This document shows, one piece after another, positions 13,160 through 26,275 of a stretch of 64,000 nucleotides of DNA. The notes under the pieces are model-generated. The model was not told the origin of the DNA. It did not search any database and was given only the letters and a program-made list of their open reading frames with translations. A program made the position numbers and the translations under genes. This DNA comes from Phoronis australis (lineage: Eukaryota > Animalia > Phoronida), in NCBI GenBank assembly GCA_002633005.1, contig NMRA01000054.1, forward strand, positions 18,218 to 82,217, written 5' to 3'. The first letter of the stretch is position 1, and the number at the start of each line of letters is the position of its first letter.

Positions 13160-14847
13160 CTAGAAATCAGCATGGCAAGCGCACATCTTTAAGTAACCTG
13201 TAACAGTATTCAAAAATTCAGATTTTCGCTTACATAGCTTAATGTCTATGTTCAGCAGCTTAAGAACTTCTTTCAAATTCACAACTTTCAGATTGCCCAA
13301 CTTTTTGTCTCTCATCATCTCACACAAGTTTTCTCCTCCATACATAATCGGGTGGATTACCCCTACTTCACGAAACACTGCGTCCCTAATTTCCTCCTCC
13401 CAGATACGTCGACTATTTGCAACATCATCTTCGTCTTCATCTTCAAAAACTGCTTTGCGTTTTATTTGAAGTTCAAGTCGTGAAAAAAGCTAGATATCTG
13501 TTTGGCTGTACGCCACTTATTGGACGGTAACTTCGATCTGATGAACTGAACACACTGTCTTGGGTCTGCTTTTTGGCCACTTTTCTCGCCATCGTTGAAC
13601 ATATTTGTAAGGAAATCCCTCACACCTTCGGACATTCTTGGGCCTTTTTTGACCGATTTCAATGTCTACCCTTCCTCTAAATGTTAAAATCCAAATACTT
13701 CCTCAGCTATTTGCTTGTAATCATCTGAAAAAATAAGGTAAAACACCTCAACAGGAGGGAGATTACGGTTCACCCGGTGATATGAATTGACATTTAGAAA
13801 ACTTTCTTGCACTTGATTTCTGAACTACACACACGCACTGCAAATGCTCCATTCGCGATTACCCAAGTACAGTATCAGGGACCAGGTTTCACATCTGCGC
13901 TGTGAAGTCCTGACACTGACTTTAGGTGCATCCATGAAAACGAAATTACCGATGAGTGGACGACTAAGTGTAGACCGTGACTAACGCGACAAACCGGCAA
14001 TTTCCGTACCGTCCTTAATCTCAAACTGTCAAAGTGCGACGTGTGTTTGGGAACATTTTTTTCTGCTTTGACTGCAAATTTCTATCCAACATGCTGTAGA
14101 GCAAGACACCGTGAAAGTTACTATGAGAAAGAACAATTGCTCATTGTTTGTTGAACTCCTGTTTTGTGTAAATTTATTGAGATAATGTGTTTGATATGAA
14201 TGGCTGAATCGAAGCACCCGAGGAATTTCTAGTCCCGAGTGTCATAACTTGTAGTGTTATATGTAGTGTATTGGGGACCATCAGAAGCTCAGGTCGCCTG
14301 TGGTAATGCACAGGCTCTTTTCTTAAATGTACTATAAGAAACGATATTTGCCTTAAGAAAAAAATAAATTCAAACTATCGACTACAAAAAAATGATGCTT
14401 GTTAATCGGCAGTAACTAGTTACCAGGTTAATTTAGAAGGTATAATTAAACAATGCATACCTGATCCAATGGGCAGGATCACATTTTTCTCAGTTTTTAT
14501 CTCCTCCAACATAGCTAAATTCAACCTCTCGGAGCTTTAGGATGCCTCTTCTCCCTCCATGATCTAAGTAGGCACAAAGTTTAGATGGGAAGAACCCTAC
14601 ACCAAACTTGTTCCTATGAAGGGGACGCATCGTCAGTTCAGCAGCCGAGCCCTCGTCAAATCCAGCTCTGTTCAACAGAAGTTTCCACTCCACTACGTCC
14701 TCCGATATGTTTATGTACCGCAGATATTTGGAAATATCTCTGTCACAGCTCATAACACTCGTCAGATTCTTTTCACCCCCCGACTTCAGTACAACTTACT
14801 GTGAATTTTGTAGAGAATGAACAACACGTCCCCACAAGGGACGCCAT
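13160..14847 (-). pseudogene. Internally deleted transposase remnant, Sola3-like (N- and C-terminal parts only)
   Basis: N-terminal LLNRAGF..LTMRPLHRNKFGVGF..CAYLDH..PIGS|gtatgc (14460-14847). C-terminal G*TLK..RMSEGVRDFLTNMFNDGEKSGQKADP..W.TAKQISSFF and HPIMYGGENLC..C.C (13160-13680). Stops and frameshifts are present and the catalytic core is absent. The superfamily is assigned from recalled motifs only. Confidence 0.55.
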
Positions 14848-17800
14848 TATTGTGCCTTCATTCCGTTGTACTCTCAAAACTAGAATTCTTGTTGTAAGTT
14901 CAGTAATAAACTCTTTGTATTTTATTCAAATAAAAATTATACTTTTTTCTATATATAATTCATTATGAGAAATGATACAGAGATAAATTGTAATTTAATG
15001 CTCTGTTTCTGTTAAAATACGCAATTTGATGAGTTTCGGTATGTCACGTGACATCGACCTTCGCTGATAATTGCCAAGGCAATTATGCGAAAGTGCCTCC
15101 GAATAAAGTCGGGTTGTCAAAAAAGGATGAATTATCCCAAAGTTCAAATAGTATTACGTAGAACAATAAATTTTTTTCTGTACTAAGACACCATTTTTAA
15201 ATATAATTTGGAACCACTTTTTCATAATCGGACTTCTACTATCGGAAATTTTCGGGATTTATTAAGCCTAACCAAGGCCTGAAGTGACATTCGGTCAACA
15301 AAATGAAATACAAATTCACACAGATGCTCAAGAAAATCAATTCTCAAGCACAGCAATGGCTTCAATTCCACTAATTATGATCATTTAAAGTCCCTAGCTG
15401 GCTTTCAGCTCTGTGGGTGTTGGCATTCTTTATTTCTGTTTGGACATTCTTGTCCTGTGTGTGAAAAAAAAACACGACGGAGGGTGTTTAGTATTTTTTT
15501 ATAAAATGACTCCAGATGAAAAACAGATGTGATTTATTTATTCATATGTGAGTACAAATTGGTGTGTAAAGTATCAACTTAATTGATCAAAGTGCCTCCC
15601 CCAACATTTTGCAATTTTGCAGGTTTTCTCAGATAATGCCTCTAAGTCCTAAAATTTCCAAACTTAAGCCTTTCAAACGAACGTTTATGACGAAAACAAA
15701 ATTCTTCAACCAGTTTCGTGAAGTCCTATGCCACCTGTAGGGTACGTAATGAACCAATCCCACTCCTAATGTACATGTAACAAAAGGGTCCCGTGCATAA
15801 AGGATACTAAGTATTGCCCTTCTGAAATATTACCGTATTCGCCCTAATATGCGGCCAGGGCACTTAGAAAAATCCGCTTCAGGAAGGGGGGCGCTTATTA
15901 TAGCCCAAAAGTGGTTGAACTCCGGTTTACAAAACAGGTGAAATCGTAAGCTAGAATTCAACAAATTTACGCTCTGTGACGCATCTGTAACCTATGACAG
16001 AGTTTCTACAAAACTGCAATGCATTACTATCAAACTTTGTAGTTAACGTACGAGCATTTTTCAGAAAATCCCACTGCCAAAAATTGCCATGAATTATTTT
16101 TCAAGCTCCACAGCTTGGTTTAACTATATATTAATAAACCATAAAAATGGTTCCAAATGATCAGTGCAATGGGTCCACATGCGCTGCCTGCGCACGTCTG
16201 GTAAAACGTGTATCATGCAGTTCCTAATTTAAACAAAGGTCTCGTTTTTTAGATTTGGTCCGCTATAAATAAAGCCACAGACCTGGAAATCCAGCAAAAC
16301 ACTTCTACCTTACAAATCTGACAATCCCTAGTCTCAGAAAATTTGAGCACCAGGCAAAAGATACTAATGATGAAATTCCGGTGATGATAATCACCCACTT
16401 TGTTTATTTACTTCACCTACACAATTTGAATTAGTTGGTAAAATGAAGCCCATTCGTGAAAGCACCATGTGGGTCCAAATGCCAACCCAATATATGATAG
16501 AACCCAACAAGCTCAAGTTGCGGTTAAATCAGGATTTGCATAAATAAGGAAATTTACTGTATCAACAGATTAGCCAAATACGAATAAAATACAGTGTTGC
16601 TACAGCGCACTATCACGTGCACAATATTTGGTCTATAATTTTCCCGCCGTAAATACATGAACCAATCAGATCACCAATGGCGCAAAGTTTTCGAAAAGAG
16701 CTCTGTTCTTAGAGAGTCCTGTTACTGCTCTATTTATTTTCAAAACTTTATTGTGTTACATTTAATTTATTTTATTTTCAACTCAATGAAGCCATTTAAT
16801 ATGAATGCTTTCAACACAATAAATGCATAAAAACCAAAACTTATGCTATATCAACATTAGACAAAATTAGTACACCCCTTTCTTAAAACATGGGTTAAAA
16901 GTTAGAAACAAAGGACACAAGTTTCCGTCACTTGTAACGTCGATTTTCGACATTGATGTTGGGAAGGAACATCAGTCCGGCGACAGCAACACGGAATCGT
17001 ACGAAGGCGATGATTTTCGAAATATGATTCGTTTTTGTTGTATGTCTTTTTCCCTACTGTTCAGGGTTACTTCTGAATCCAGGAACAAGAACTGAAAGAG
17101 GCAGGCTTAGTGATAACGTTGGAGAACGGTAACATTATATAAGGTTTTACAACTGTCATCGATAATGTCATCTCCGTTTTCATCCAACCTTCCCTAATGA
17201 AAACTTGAATAAAGAAGACCTTCAGTACTTAAGTGAGCACGATATACTGTGTGATTTATGTTGAATTATTCAATGGTTTTTTAAGAACCATTTCACGCTA
17301 TACCTAAGGCTCGTGCAAAGTACAACCAACGTCCCTTTTAAAGGCCACTCAACACTTCCCAGAAGAACTGCTCACTTGAGAATGTTGAATTATAAACATG
17401 CAAAGGTTATGCTAGTCAAATCGTTGCAGTGGCGCATTTTTAATTCGAACAAAATCAATAAACAAAAACCGTTATATAAGTATCTTTTGCATTCACATGT
17501 ACTCCTTAGAATTTGTGCATAAACATGCTTTCACAGTTTTCTCAGTAGGCCTATGTGAACCATAAACCACAAACTGTCCGATAACTATGCTGCTATTAGG
17601 CAAGCAGACGACATAGTCAGTCAGCACCGAAGTTTGAATTTTGTAATTAATTACCAGTAGCATTGACAAAAGTACTCACGATACCAACACTTCTACTATT
17701 GGAAGACTTTGAACATCGTTTCAATGCCGAAATTAATATTTTTTCGTTGTACTGGACAGTAAAGTAGATGGAAATATTTCTCGTCAAAATACGCTAACCG

Positions 17801-19263
17801 GGACTTGCACCAGAAAATTTAGGAGAGTGGCGGCGCCTCTTGGCTAGCACGGAAGAAAATGTCGGAGTTGCGAATCTGTTGTCTATAATCTATGATACAA
17901 CATGTAGGCAGGATTTAATTGATGAATAAATTCTCTATCAGAAATCACATCTTTGTTACTCTTTCACATTTTTTTAAAAAAAAGCGTTTTTCCAATGTTA
18001 ATTGCAATTGGCTAACGCGCGTCTGACGTCACTAAGGCTGTACCGTGGGAGAAGGTAATAAGATAAATCAAGCTTATTATGTATATATCTCATTGGGTGA
18101 ATGCCTCTTGGCTACAGAACTGTGCTTAATGTGCAATTCGTCTGCGATCTCGGCTCTCAAAAGTTCATAATACAAGTTTTCTTCCGTGTAGTGGTGACTA
18201 TTTGTGGAACGATGCCGTTCTCGGCACGGGCCAGGAAAGGTCCCCATCCGGTTGCGTAGCCTTGCCTTGGTGGAAGCTGTATAGTAAATATACAGCGGCC
18301 GTTGCACTGACGTAGGTAAAAACTGATCAAATAAAATGTGACACAAAATTAGTGTCATTAAAAATTACACTGTTCTTTAAGTAAACTAAATTATTGACTG
18401 GCGTTCTGCCGCGAGCCGTACACTATGCTGCTAAAGTTTGGATGCGCTCTTTAAGGTCGGCTTTCGGCGCCGTCACCTATTGCCATATTGGCCAGTTTCC
18501 CGAGTTGTTCCTCCAAGTTTAACAAGCGATCGAACTGTTTTTCGAAGTTGTGTACATGTCACAACAAATTACAAGAACTGATTTCATTTCTTTACAAGTT
18601 TTTAGTATTTTAATACCAGGAAACCGAATTTCATATTTTTTGCTCCTGCGAAGCTGTTATTATTTCCCGACAGATGTCACAAAACTTTCGCAAATAGCGG
18701 GTGTCAAGCGTACTGTTTTCTTTGTTACAAAAGGCTGAGAATTATGAAATAAAATAATTTTTTACTTGATTGTTTTTCACTTAAATGGCTCCAGCGGGCA
18801 TGGCGAGTGTCAGTTGACACCCAGATATTTGCACGCTTCCCTGCCGGTTTAGAGCTCAAGTTTCGGGACGAGGTGACGAGCAGAACTACCCGGGCTATGT
18901 GAAATTTCGGAGACTAACGGAGATCAACACACAGTGCTACTGGTACCTAGTTTATTTTGAAGATAGCGTTCATACAGCTAGTCACAGGAAAGAAAAACGA
19001 AAAAGGTTGTGAGTATGCACATGTTGATCTGTCGACTGGACTACGGACTTGCAATGACCTATATCTCTTTGTGATGTGCAGCCTCAGTGACGTCACGAAA
19101 AACAGCGCTTGCAGTGGGGCTTCACGGAACTAATAGATATTTACTTTTCAATGTAAAAAAAGAAAAATACTGTTCACTATTTAGGAATATGGGGATGCCA
19201 GTGACCTATGTTTATACTTTCAAAATTCATATTAAAATGCAGAAACATGTATTTCAGGCCTCA

Positions 19264-20571
19264 TTTAATGTTAGAAAAACCAAGTTGATGTTCATGAGAA
19301 CCCACCAACAAAAGCTGTCCCTTTCTATCAATGGTTCTCCCATCGAGAATGTTGAAAAGTTTAAGTACTTGGGCCTTATTTTAATGTAGATCCCAATCTT
19401 AAATTTAATATGCACATAGATTACATCACAAAGATTTTATCAAAGAAAAGCGGTGTACTTAAACTTCTATGCAAATTTCTTAATGTCAGTACTCTTAAGA
19501 CATTTTGCCATTCTATTATTCAGCCTCATATCGATNTTGCCTGTTTTTGAGGTACACTCTAGTGTCAAGTTTCTCATAATAAACGGGAAAAAACACAGTT
19601 TTTGTGACTTTTTGAAAACCGAACCTTCAGCAAAAAAAATGCAGTATAACAACCTATGTGATGGTTAAATGCAACATGCAAATTATGAGCTCCATCGGTG
19701 ATACTGCATCCGCCAACATTTCAAGCATTTGCAGATTCTACCAAAAAGCCCGTCTTAAACTTCTATGCAAATTTCTTAATGTCAGTACTCTTAAGACATT
19801 TTGCCATTCTATTATTCAGCCTCATATCGATTATTGTTTACTGGTTTGGGGGCATATTGGTGACACATCTGTCAGCAAAGTCCAAGTAATCCAAAATAGA
19901 GCCGCCAGGACTATCCTGGTACTAGAATTAGGGAAACCAGGGTAGATGACTTGTATTCCAAGCTGGGATTTGTATAAGTAAAACAAAGAAATAAATATCT
20001 CTCTGCCTGTTGTATGTACAGATGCATCAATGGCTTGGCTCGGGCATATCTCGGCCGAAAATTCAATAGAAGTAAAGCTGTATATTCTACACGTGCTTCT
20101 GTTGCTGGAAATGTTTCTTTAAAAACAAATAAAACCGAGACCGGCAAGAGATCTTTTATCTATGCTGCTGCTACAATATGGAATTCTCTTAGCCCAGAAA
20201 TTAAACGGTCGAATTCAATAAATGCTTATAAACTTAAAAAGTGGCTGTAATGTACCGAACCTTTTTATACCCTGCCTGTTTTAATCATGTCATTTTTACT
20301 CATTGTCATAAAGACTCTCACTGTTAAGAGTCATCTCTTTATTTATTTCATCTTTCATAGGTAAAATTTCACCATTCTTCGTCGTTCATTTATTGTTTAA
20401 TTCTCAAACTGTTTTAACTGTATCTTTGTCACCTATATTTAATTGCTGTTTCATTGCTTCATTGTATTATATTACTGTTTTTTGTTGTTGAGGGCCCTCT
20501 TGGAAAGCATTGCTATCACTGAAGAGGTCACCCTCATTTTAAATATCACAATAAATAAACGAATAAATAAC
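19264..20571 (+). mobile_element. 5'-truncated, degenerate CR1/L2-group LINE (RT C-terminal region plus 3' UTR)
   Basis: FNVRKTKLM..INGSPIENVEKFKYLGL..DPNLKFNMHI..IIQPHIDYCLLVWG..IQNRAARTIL..GKRSFIYAAATIWNSL. (aata)n tail at ~20550-20571. Interrupted by 'n' at 19536 and a foreign segment up to 19754. Confidence 0.85.
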
Positions 20572-20904
20572 AAGTCTACTTATGTGGGGGGAGACAATCG
20601 TATTCGTACGCTCAAGTCAGATTAAAAAGACATGGCAGTCTGCAGTAATACCGGCCAATAATGGTTCAAACAAAAAATCGTTTAGAGGAAATTAACTGTC
20701 TAGGCCTACTCTGATGGCAAAGTGTAGGCGGCATTATGTTAACACGTGTCTCACGCGACAAGAAAATGACGTTAGAAACTCAATTATGGTAGCACACATA
20801 GTATAATCACGAAGAACATATGTTAAGAGGTCTTTTCAGAGGAAGAAATGGTTCGCCCTTCTCTTCACAACGCATTTTTGGTTCGTCTTTCCTAAGAAGC
20901 TCTG

Positions 20905-21154
20905 GGGTCCGTTCCAAGAAAACTAACTGACTTAACTAAGTCCAATCTAAAACGCACGTAAATTTAAAGATAAAACTTAATTTCGCCTAAGCCCTCTCCA
21001 AGAAAGTGATTTTAAACTTAACTAAAATTTTTTACTTAAGTTTTGTCTTAGGTGTGACGTAATTTATCAGATGTGGAAGTTTCAAAATTAAGGGGTTGAG
21101 ACAAATCTTAGACATAAGCCAAAAACGAACTTAAGTTTATTTTTTGACCGGGAC
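20905..21154. mobile_element. Harbinger-type MITE (relative of 37699-37905)
   Basis: CTG on both flanks. Left end gggtccgttccaagaaa, degenerate right end, acttaag-rich palindromic interior. Confidence 0.55.
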
Positions 21155-24100
21155 CTGTTCTTTCCATTTGTCGTTCGTATCTGAAGGGTTGTCCTGTGCA
21201 ATCCACATTCTGTGGATGTCCATAACTGTTGTAACTCATCAAAACTTTTAATGAATTTTTTCTTAAATGGCAACCAAATGAATTCTACTCATTTAGCATG
21301 CGTTATTCAAAGTAATGAGAGGCCTGCGCAATGCTTTACAACACAGCAAATAATAACAAAATATTGCATGTACATATATAGTAAAAGAACTTTTTCCGTT
21401 ACGCAGTTGCAGCAGTCTTTTGTTTTGTGAAGTTGCAACTTGTCTAAGGGTTTACGTTTTGAGAGACTTTCTGATTTGAAAACTAATTTCAGAGGAAAGC
21501 ATTTTTACCCCATACGCACTGGCCATGGGTCTCTGGCGCAAGTGTTTTGCTGCACAAATTGTTCACAGCTAAGTATTTTAACTAAAAAATCTAAGTAAAA
21601 AGGAGCAGTGCACATCTTTAAACGCGAAACAGTGCATTGAGGACAACATATCACCATGGAAATCACCTGGAAGAAGAAAAATAGCACGACACGACGGGGG
21701 TTCGATAGAGTTGTAATGTCCACCTCCAGCGTGGATCAAATTCGATGGAGGGTAACTCTTGTCAGTTGAACCTGGAACAAAACCTCATTTGTGTGAACCA
21801 TAATATACTGTTCCATACAGTCAGACAGTTATTGGGAGTTTGTGCTCGAGTAAAAAAAAACATTGGGAGTTCGAGTTCAGCTTGTCATCGTCCATTTTCC
21901 TTGTCTTTGAGTGATTTTCCTTACCTGGGCAGCTTGTTGGTTTTGCTGGGCACGTGGAGATGCTTTTCGGAAACAAACTTTGTCAAGCTGTGCAATAGCT
22001 CGGGCGGCTTTGGCCTCTGAAAGATGGAAAGTTATCAGTTTCATATTCAACCTTTTTGATAGATTTTTGATTCTGACTAAAATACTCTTGAGATGGAATA
22101 CATTGTCTTTCTATTACTATATATTGAAAACAGTGTCTACTACACGTTAGCTTTGCATGTAATTTCACTGGAGAAGGGGAGCAAGATAGAGTCGAACCAT
22201 GTTACCCTACCGCGACTTTTCTAAAATGCTCGTTGTAATCGAAGCTCGTCTTAGCAAAATCAACTTGTATACACCATTACAGTAAAAGGGTACACATAAG
22301 ACGGAAAACAGGTAAAATATGAATTAAAAGCGGCAAGACGTCTTGTCCTTGAAGACTTCTTCATTGGGAAATTATTGTAAGCAACGGGATACAACAAAAT
22401 ACCAACGTCAGAGTCACCACAGACACACTATAATACCGTGTCCATTCATATATTTCATAATTTTTACTAATAAGGTGTACTTTATTTCTCTTCTTACGTA
22501 CGAGTTTCTTTCCTTAAAAATGAATTTTAGTAGAAGTTCACCAGAAACACTATCTGCTCCCAAGAAGAGAAATGCGAAGAACGTAAGAATAATCTGCAAG
22601 GCTTGTGAGGGAGCAATACTACCTAGCCCAGTGGAACGGAAAAATTAACTAGTTTCCTTCCTAGGTGGTTGCGCTTCACTTATGTACGAAGGTCCATATC
22701 CTTGAGCATGTCTTAGATGTAGTGTTTACTGAATATCCTTTGTCATTCCTCGTAGACAACTTGCTCTTGAATTGTTTATGTTAATTTAATGGGTCATTAT
22801 CAGTTCTAGGTCAAAAACACATTTTCGGGATTATTTTTGGATGGGATACACTTCTGCAACTGATTAACTTTAACCAGTGGTATAAAACAACATTTCGTTT
22901 GTGTTTTCGATAATTTCTTGCAAATGTCAATCTTCGCTGAAGTCAAGACTGGTGTCATAACTGGTTTAATACTACGAGGTCATTTGTGGAGTGGTGTTAA
23001 GCTCCGCCAGCAAACCCCCAGACTGCGGCCGCAGGGTGGTACATGTTTGATTCCTCGCTCAGGCTGATCTCAAAAATGATTTTCTCCTCCACAATGCCCC
23101 TTTAAGCCAGGCTATCCAAACCAAACAAATTAAAGTTAGAGTTGCTGACCTTACATGTACATAAACCAAACGCTGAATATGATTACTGTGGCAGTAGGGT
23201 CGATTTATTAGGTAAGATAAAATATTATGCAAGTATGGATCGATCCCACAGGCAGAACACATGTGCCGAGGAAGAACAATGTTGTCCGATAGATCGATCT
23301 AATCAGGTCGTTCTGTTTACACCGTTAGGAGTTTATCGGTTTTGCAGCGTCTGATTTGTCACTTCCTAATAGCGACCTCTGTCGTTTGGATTATTCAATG
23401 AAAAGTTATATTGCACGGCTTGCCGCTCCACATCACTTCACAACGCAAACCATCGTACTGCATTTTAGGCAATTAGAGGACAGAAGTATCAATTCCGTAT
23501 GACGCTTAGCTGAAAAGTATGTAAATTTCCTGAGTAATCAAACGCTGAACATGAATAACCTTTGCCCCCTTCATACTTCCCTTAATTCTGAAGTGCCGAC
23601 CGTTGCATTTTTATTTTTAGTGGAACTGCATTATGAATTGATGTGCTGTAATGTTTTTTGTTTTCACAGTGCACTGAACAATTAATTTCCAAAGGAATTA
23701 TGCACAGGTGAACTTCTCCTGAAGTGCCAAACGGTGTTACGCAAACATTTTCCATTGAAGAAAGGTGTTTGGCACTCCCATTCTCATAACATCATAGATC
23801 CGATAGGCGTGCTTCAGGCTTACAAAAATTATCTTTTAAATTTACTGATTGGGAGAAGAATGCTATTGATTTGACCGAATTTTAAAATGCATCGAAATTA
23901 TTGAAACCTAAATTTCTTGCATTATCTGTTTCCATTGGCAAAATGATTCATGAACCACGGCTTTTACTTCAGACGCATATATCAGTCAATCAGAAGCAAT
24001 CAATCATTGGCAAGTTGTGTCATCATTTTTTGCATGTTGAGATGTAAAGTTTTTCTTCAAATCCGTATTCATCTTTTGGTAATTCTAAAAGGCATACGCG

Positions 24101-25729
24101 TAAGTGCCAAACCATGGGCTTTCGGCCCAGGAAGACTCACGGGAATCGAGGTATCCAACGTGTGGTTTAAGTAAGAAATTTACAGAATTTTGCCGGATTG
24201 ATGTGAATTCTAACGCATTCCAGGAGTAGCCAGCTGCGATTTTATTGTTTAGCTTGTTATTGAAAATAACCCAAGAAATCTTCGTTTACTGACTGTCAAT
24301 ACTTAGAGGCCCATAACCATTGCCAATACAACTTACAGATAATTTGAAAATCGCGTCTGACAGTTTAATACACGTAGTCTCGTGAAAACTGTAAATTCCA
24401 TAAATACCTTACACCTATCAAATCTTCAAAAGAAATGGTATAATATTATGCTTGGGATTATTCGCGCGAAAATATCGATAATGTAATCATTATGACTCGA
24501 ACCCCACGGTTATTGTTCACAGACAGTGGTTTTCTAGCTAGTTAATTCAAACTTTCCTTTTTTGACTTGAGTCAATGCAATTGTATGCTTTTAATTTCCC
24601 ACATTTTCTTACTTTTTTGAGCCACATGTCCAGGTGTTTGGTTACTTTGGTTACAATTAAGTGTGGCTTTGTTGCGAAATTGGAAATTCTATCTACGTGT
24701 ACTTTACTGCTTGAATATATTTGCTATTGATGCAGCTCCTGTAATGTTTCCCCTTGGTTGCTGCACTGTTCAAATACATTCATGTTTTGTCCGATTTTTG
24801 TTATACTCGTCGAATCTGCGGGCAATTGCCCCCCTTCCACCACTCCCCGGCGGCCGTTAGTGAACGTTGGCGTTCACAACTTCAGGTTGGAAGAAGGGTT
24901 GTAAATGGCTACGCTTATTTACCTTCTGTAACAATTGATTTCGTTTTACATGTGCCTGATAATGAAACATGTTCTCACGAGATATACAGTAGGTGCTATT
25001 TTAATTTATTTGTTTGCCATGTCTAATTAGCAATTCGCTACGTAGCTGTACAGCTGATGATCGAACACTATGCAAACAGTACGAGCGCGTGTTTGTGAAT
25101 CAGAAGGTACAGTCGTGTTTTAACCAAGTTTGTGGTTACAATCATATAGTGTATAAATTTCGGCAGTTTTCATACATTGTACAATAACCGCGATATTGCG
25201 TTCAACAGTAAGACTATATTGGAGACAATAAGTTTTAGCGAACAGTGTCTTGTTCGTCTGGTCACGTACTCCGTGTGCCACACTCTCAGACAATGACGTC
25301 ATAAGGGCGATGGCCGCTTCAAAAGTATAAGCGGAAAAATTCGTCTATAATTATCCAAGGTCTTGCATCTGCTTTCTTAACGGAAAGAGACACGTTATTT
25401 AGATAGTTAAGGTTTTCTTAAGAATTCATACATTTTTCGTTTTAAAATATACAGTATTTAAAGCGGCAATAAACCCGGCACAAAAACAACAATGGGTTTA
25501 AACTACTTATCTTTACAAAATTCAGGATGTCAAATTGTCTCTACATCAAACTAGAGAAAATTGTGTGGCTTCGTAAGAATCGAGTGTTAGTTAATTGCTT
25601 GAGGTCTGGGCTTGCCGCGGAGTGTCATTTTATACGCCTATTCTATAAAGAAATAAAGAACTGATAGTTATGCGGCCAATCCAGAAATCACGTGTCTGAT
25701 CTCAATAACGAGGAACAAGTGTTCTGATT

Positions 25730-26275
25730 TGTGTGCCTGAACCTGCTATCCCGGCATCTTACGGATGCTGCAAGATGAGTATACGCAATTGGGTACCAGC
25801 TCGGTGGGCATCATTTAACTCCTGCAGAGAGACCAAGGAGAATTTTTCGAACGTGATCAAACCAAAAAGTTCAAAACACCTTCTGAGTCTAGATAGATTG
25901 GGCATAAGACACGTCATTCAAATTTTGACGGGCCACTGTAACCTAGCCCGACACAGACGCATTACTGGGCATATGGGAGCCCAGTGTGTCCCGAGTGTGG
26001 TACTGACGTTGAAACCCCTAAACACCTTATAGGGTCTTGCCCAGGCTTTATAGGCAACGGAGCAACCTACTGGATGGCACTGTTACATGCCTACAACATG
26101 TAGTGCATGGCAAAAAAGAGAAAAGTCTGTCCGTTTTCTTAAAGGAGACGGGTAGACTTGAAAACTTCCTTCACGGAGGACCATAATGGGGCCTCGTGCA
26201 TTAGTTCAGGTGTTTTGTCCAATGGGCCCAACCATGAGGCCTGCGCACGTCTGATGCACCGCAAATGACACCAGA
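25730..26275 (+). mobile_element. 3' fragment of an R1/LOA/I-group non-LTR retrotransposon
   Basis: PEPAIP..W...CRETK..LLSLDR..IQILTGHCNLARH, then after a frameshift CPECGTDVETPKHLIGSCP (C-terminal CCHC knuckle). Confidence 0.75.
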
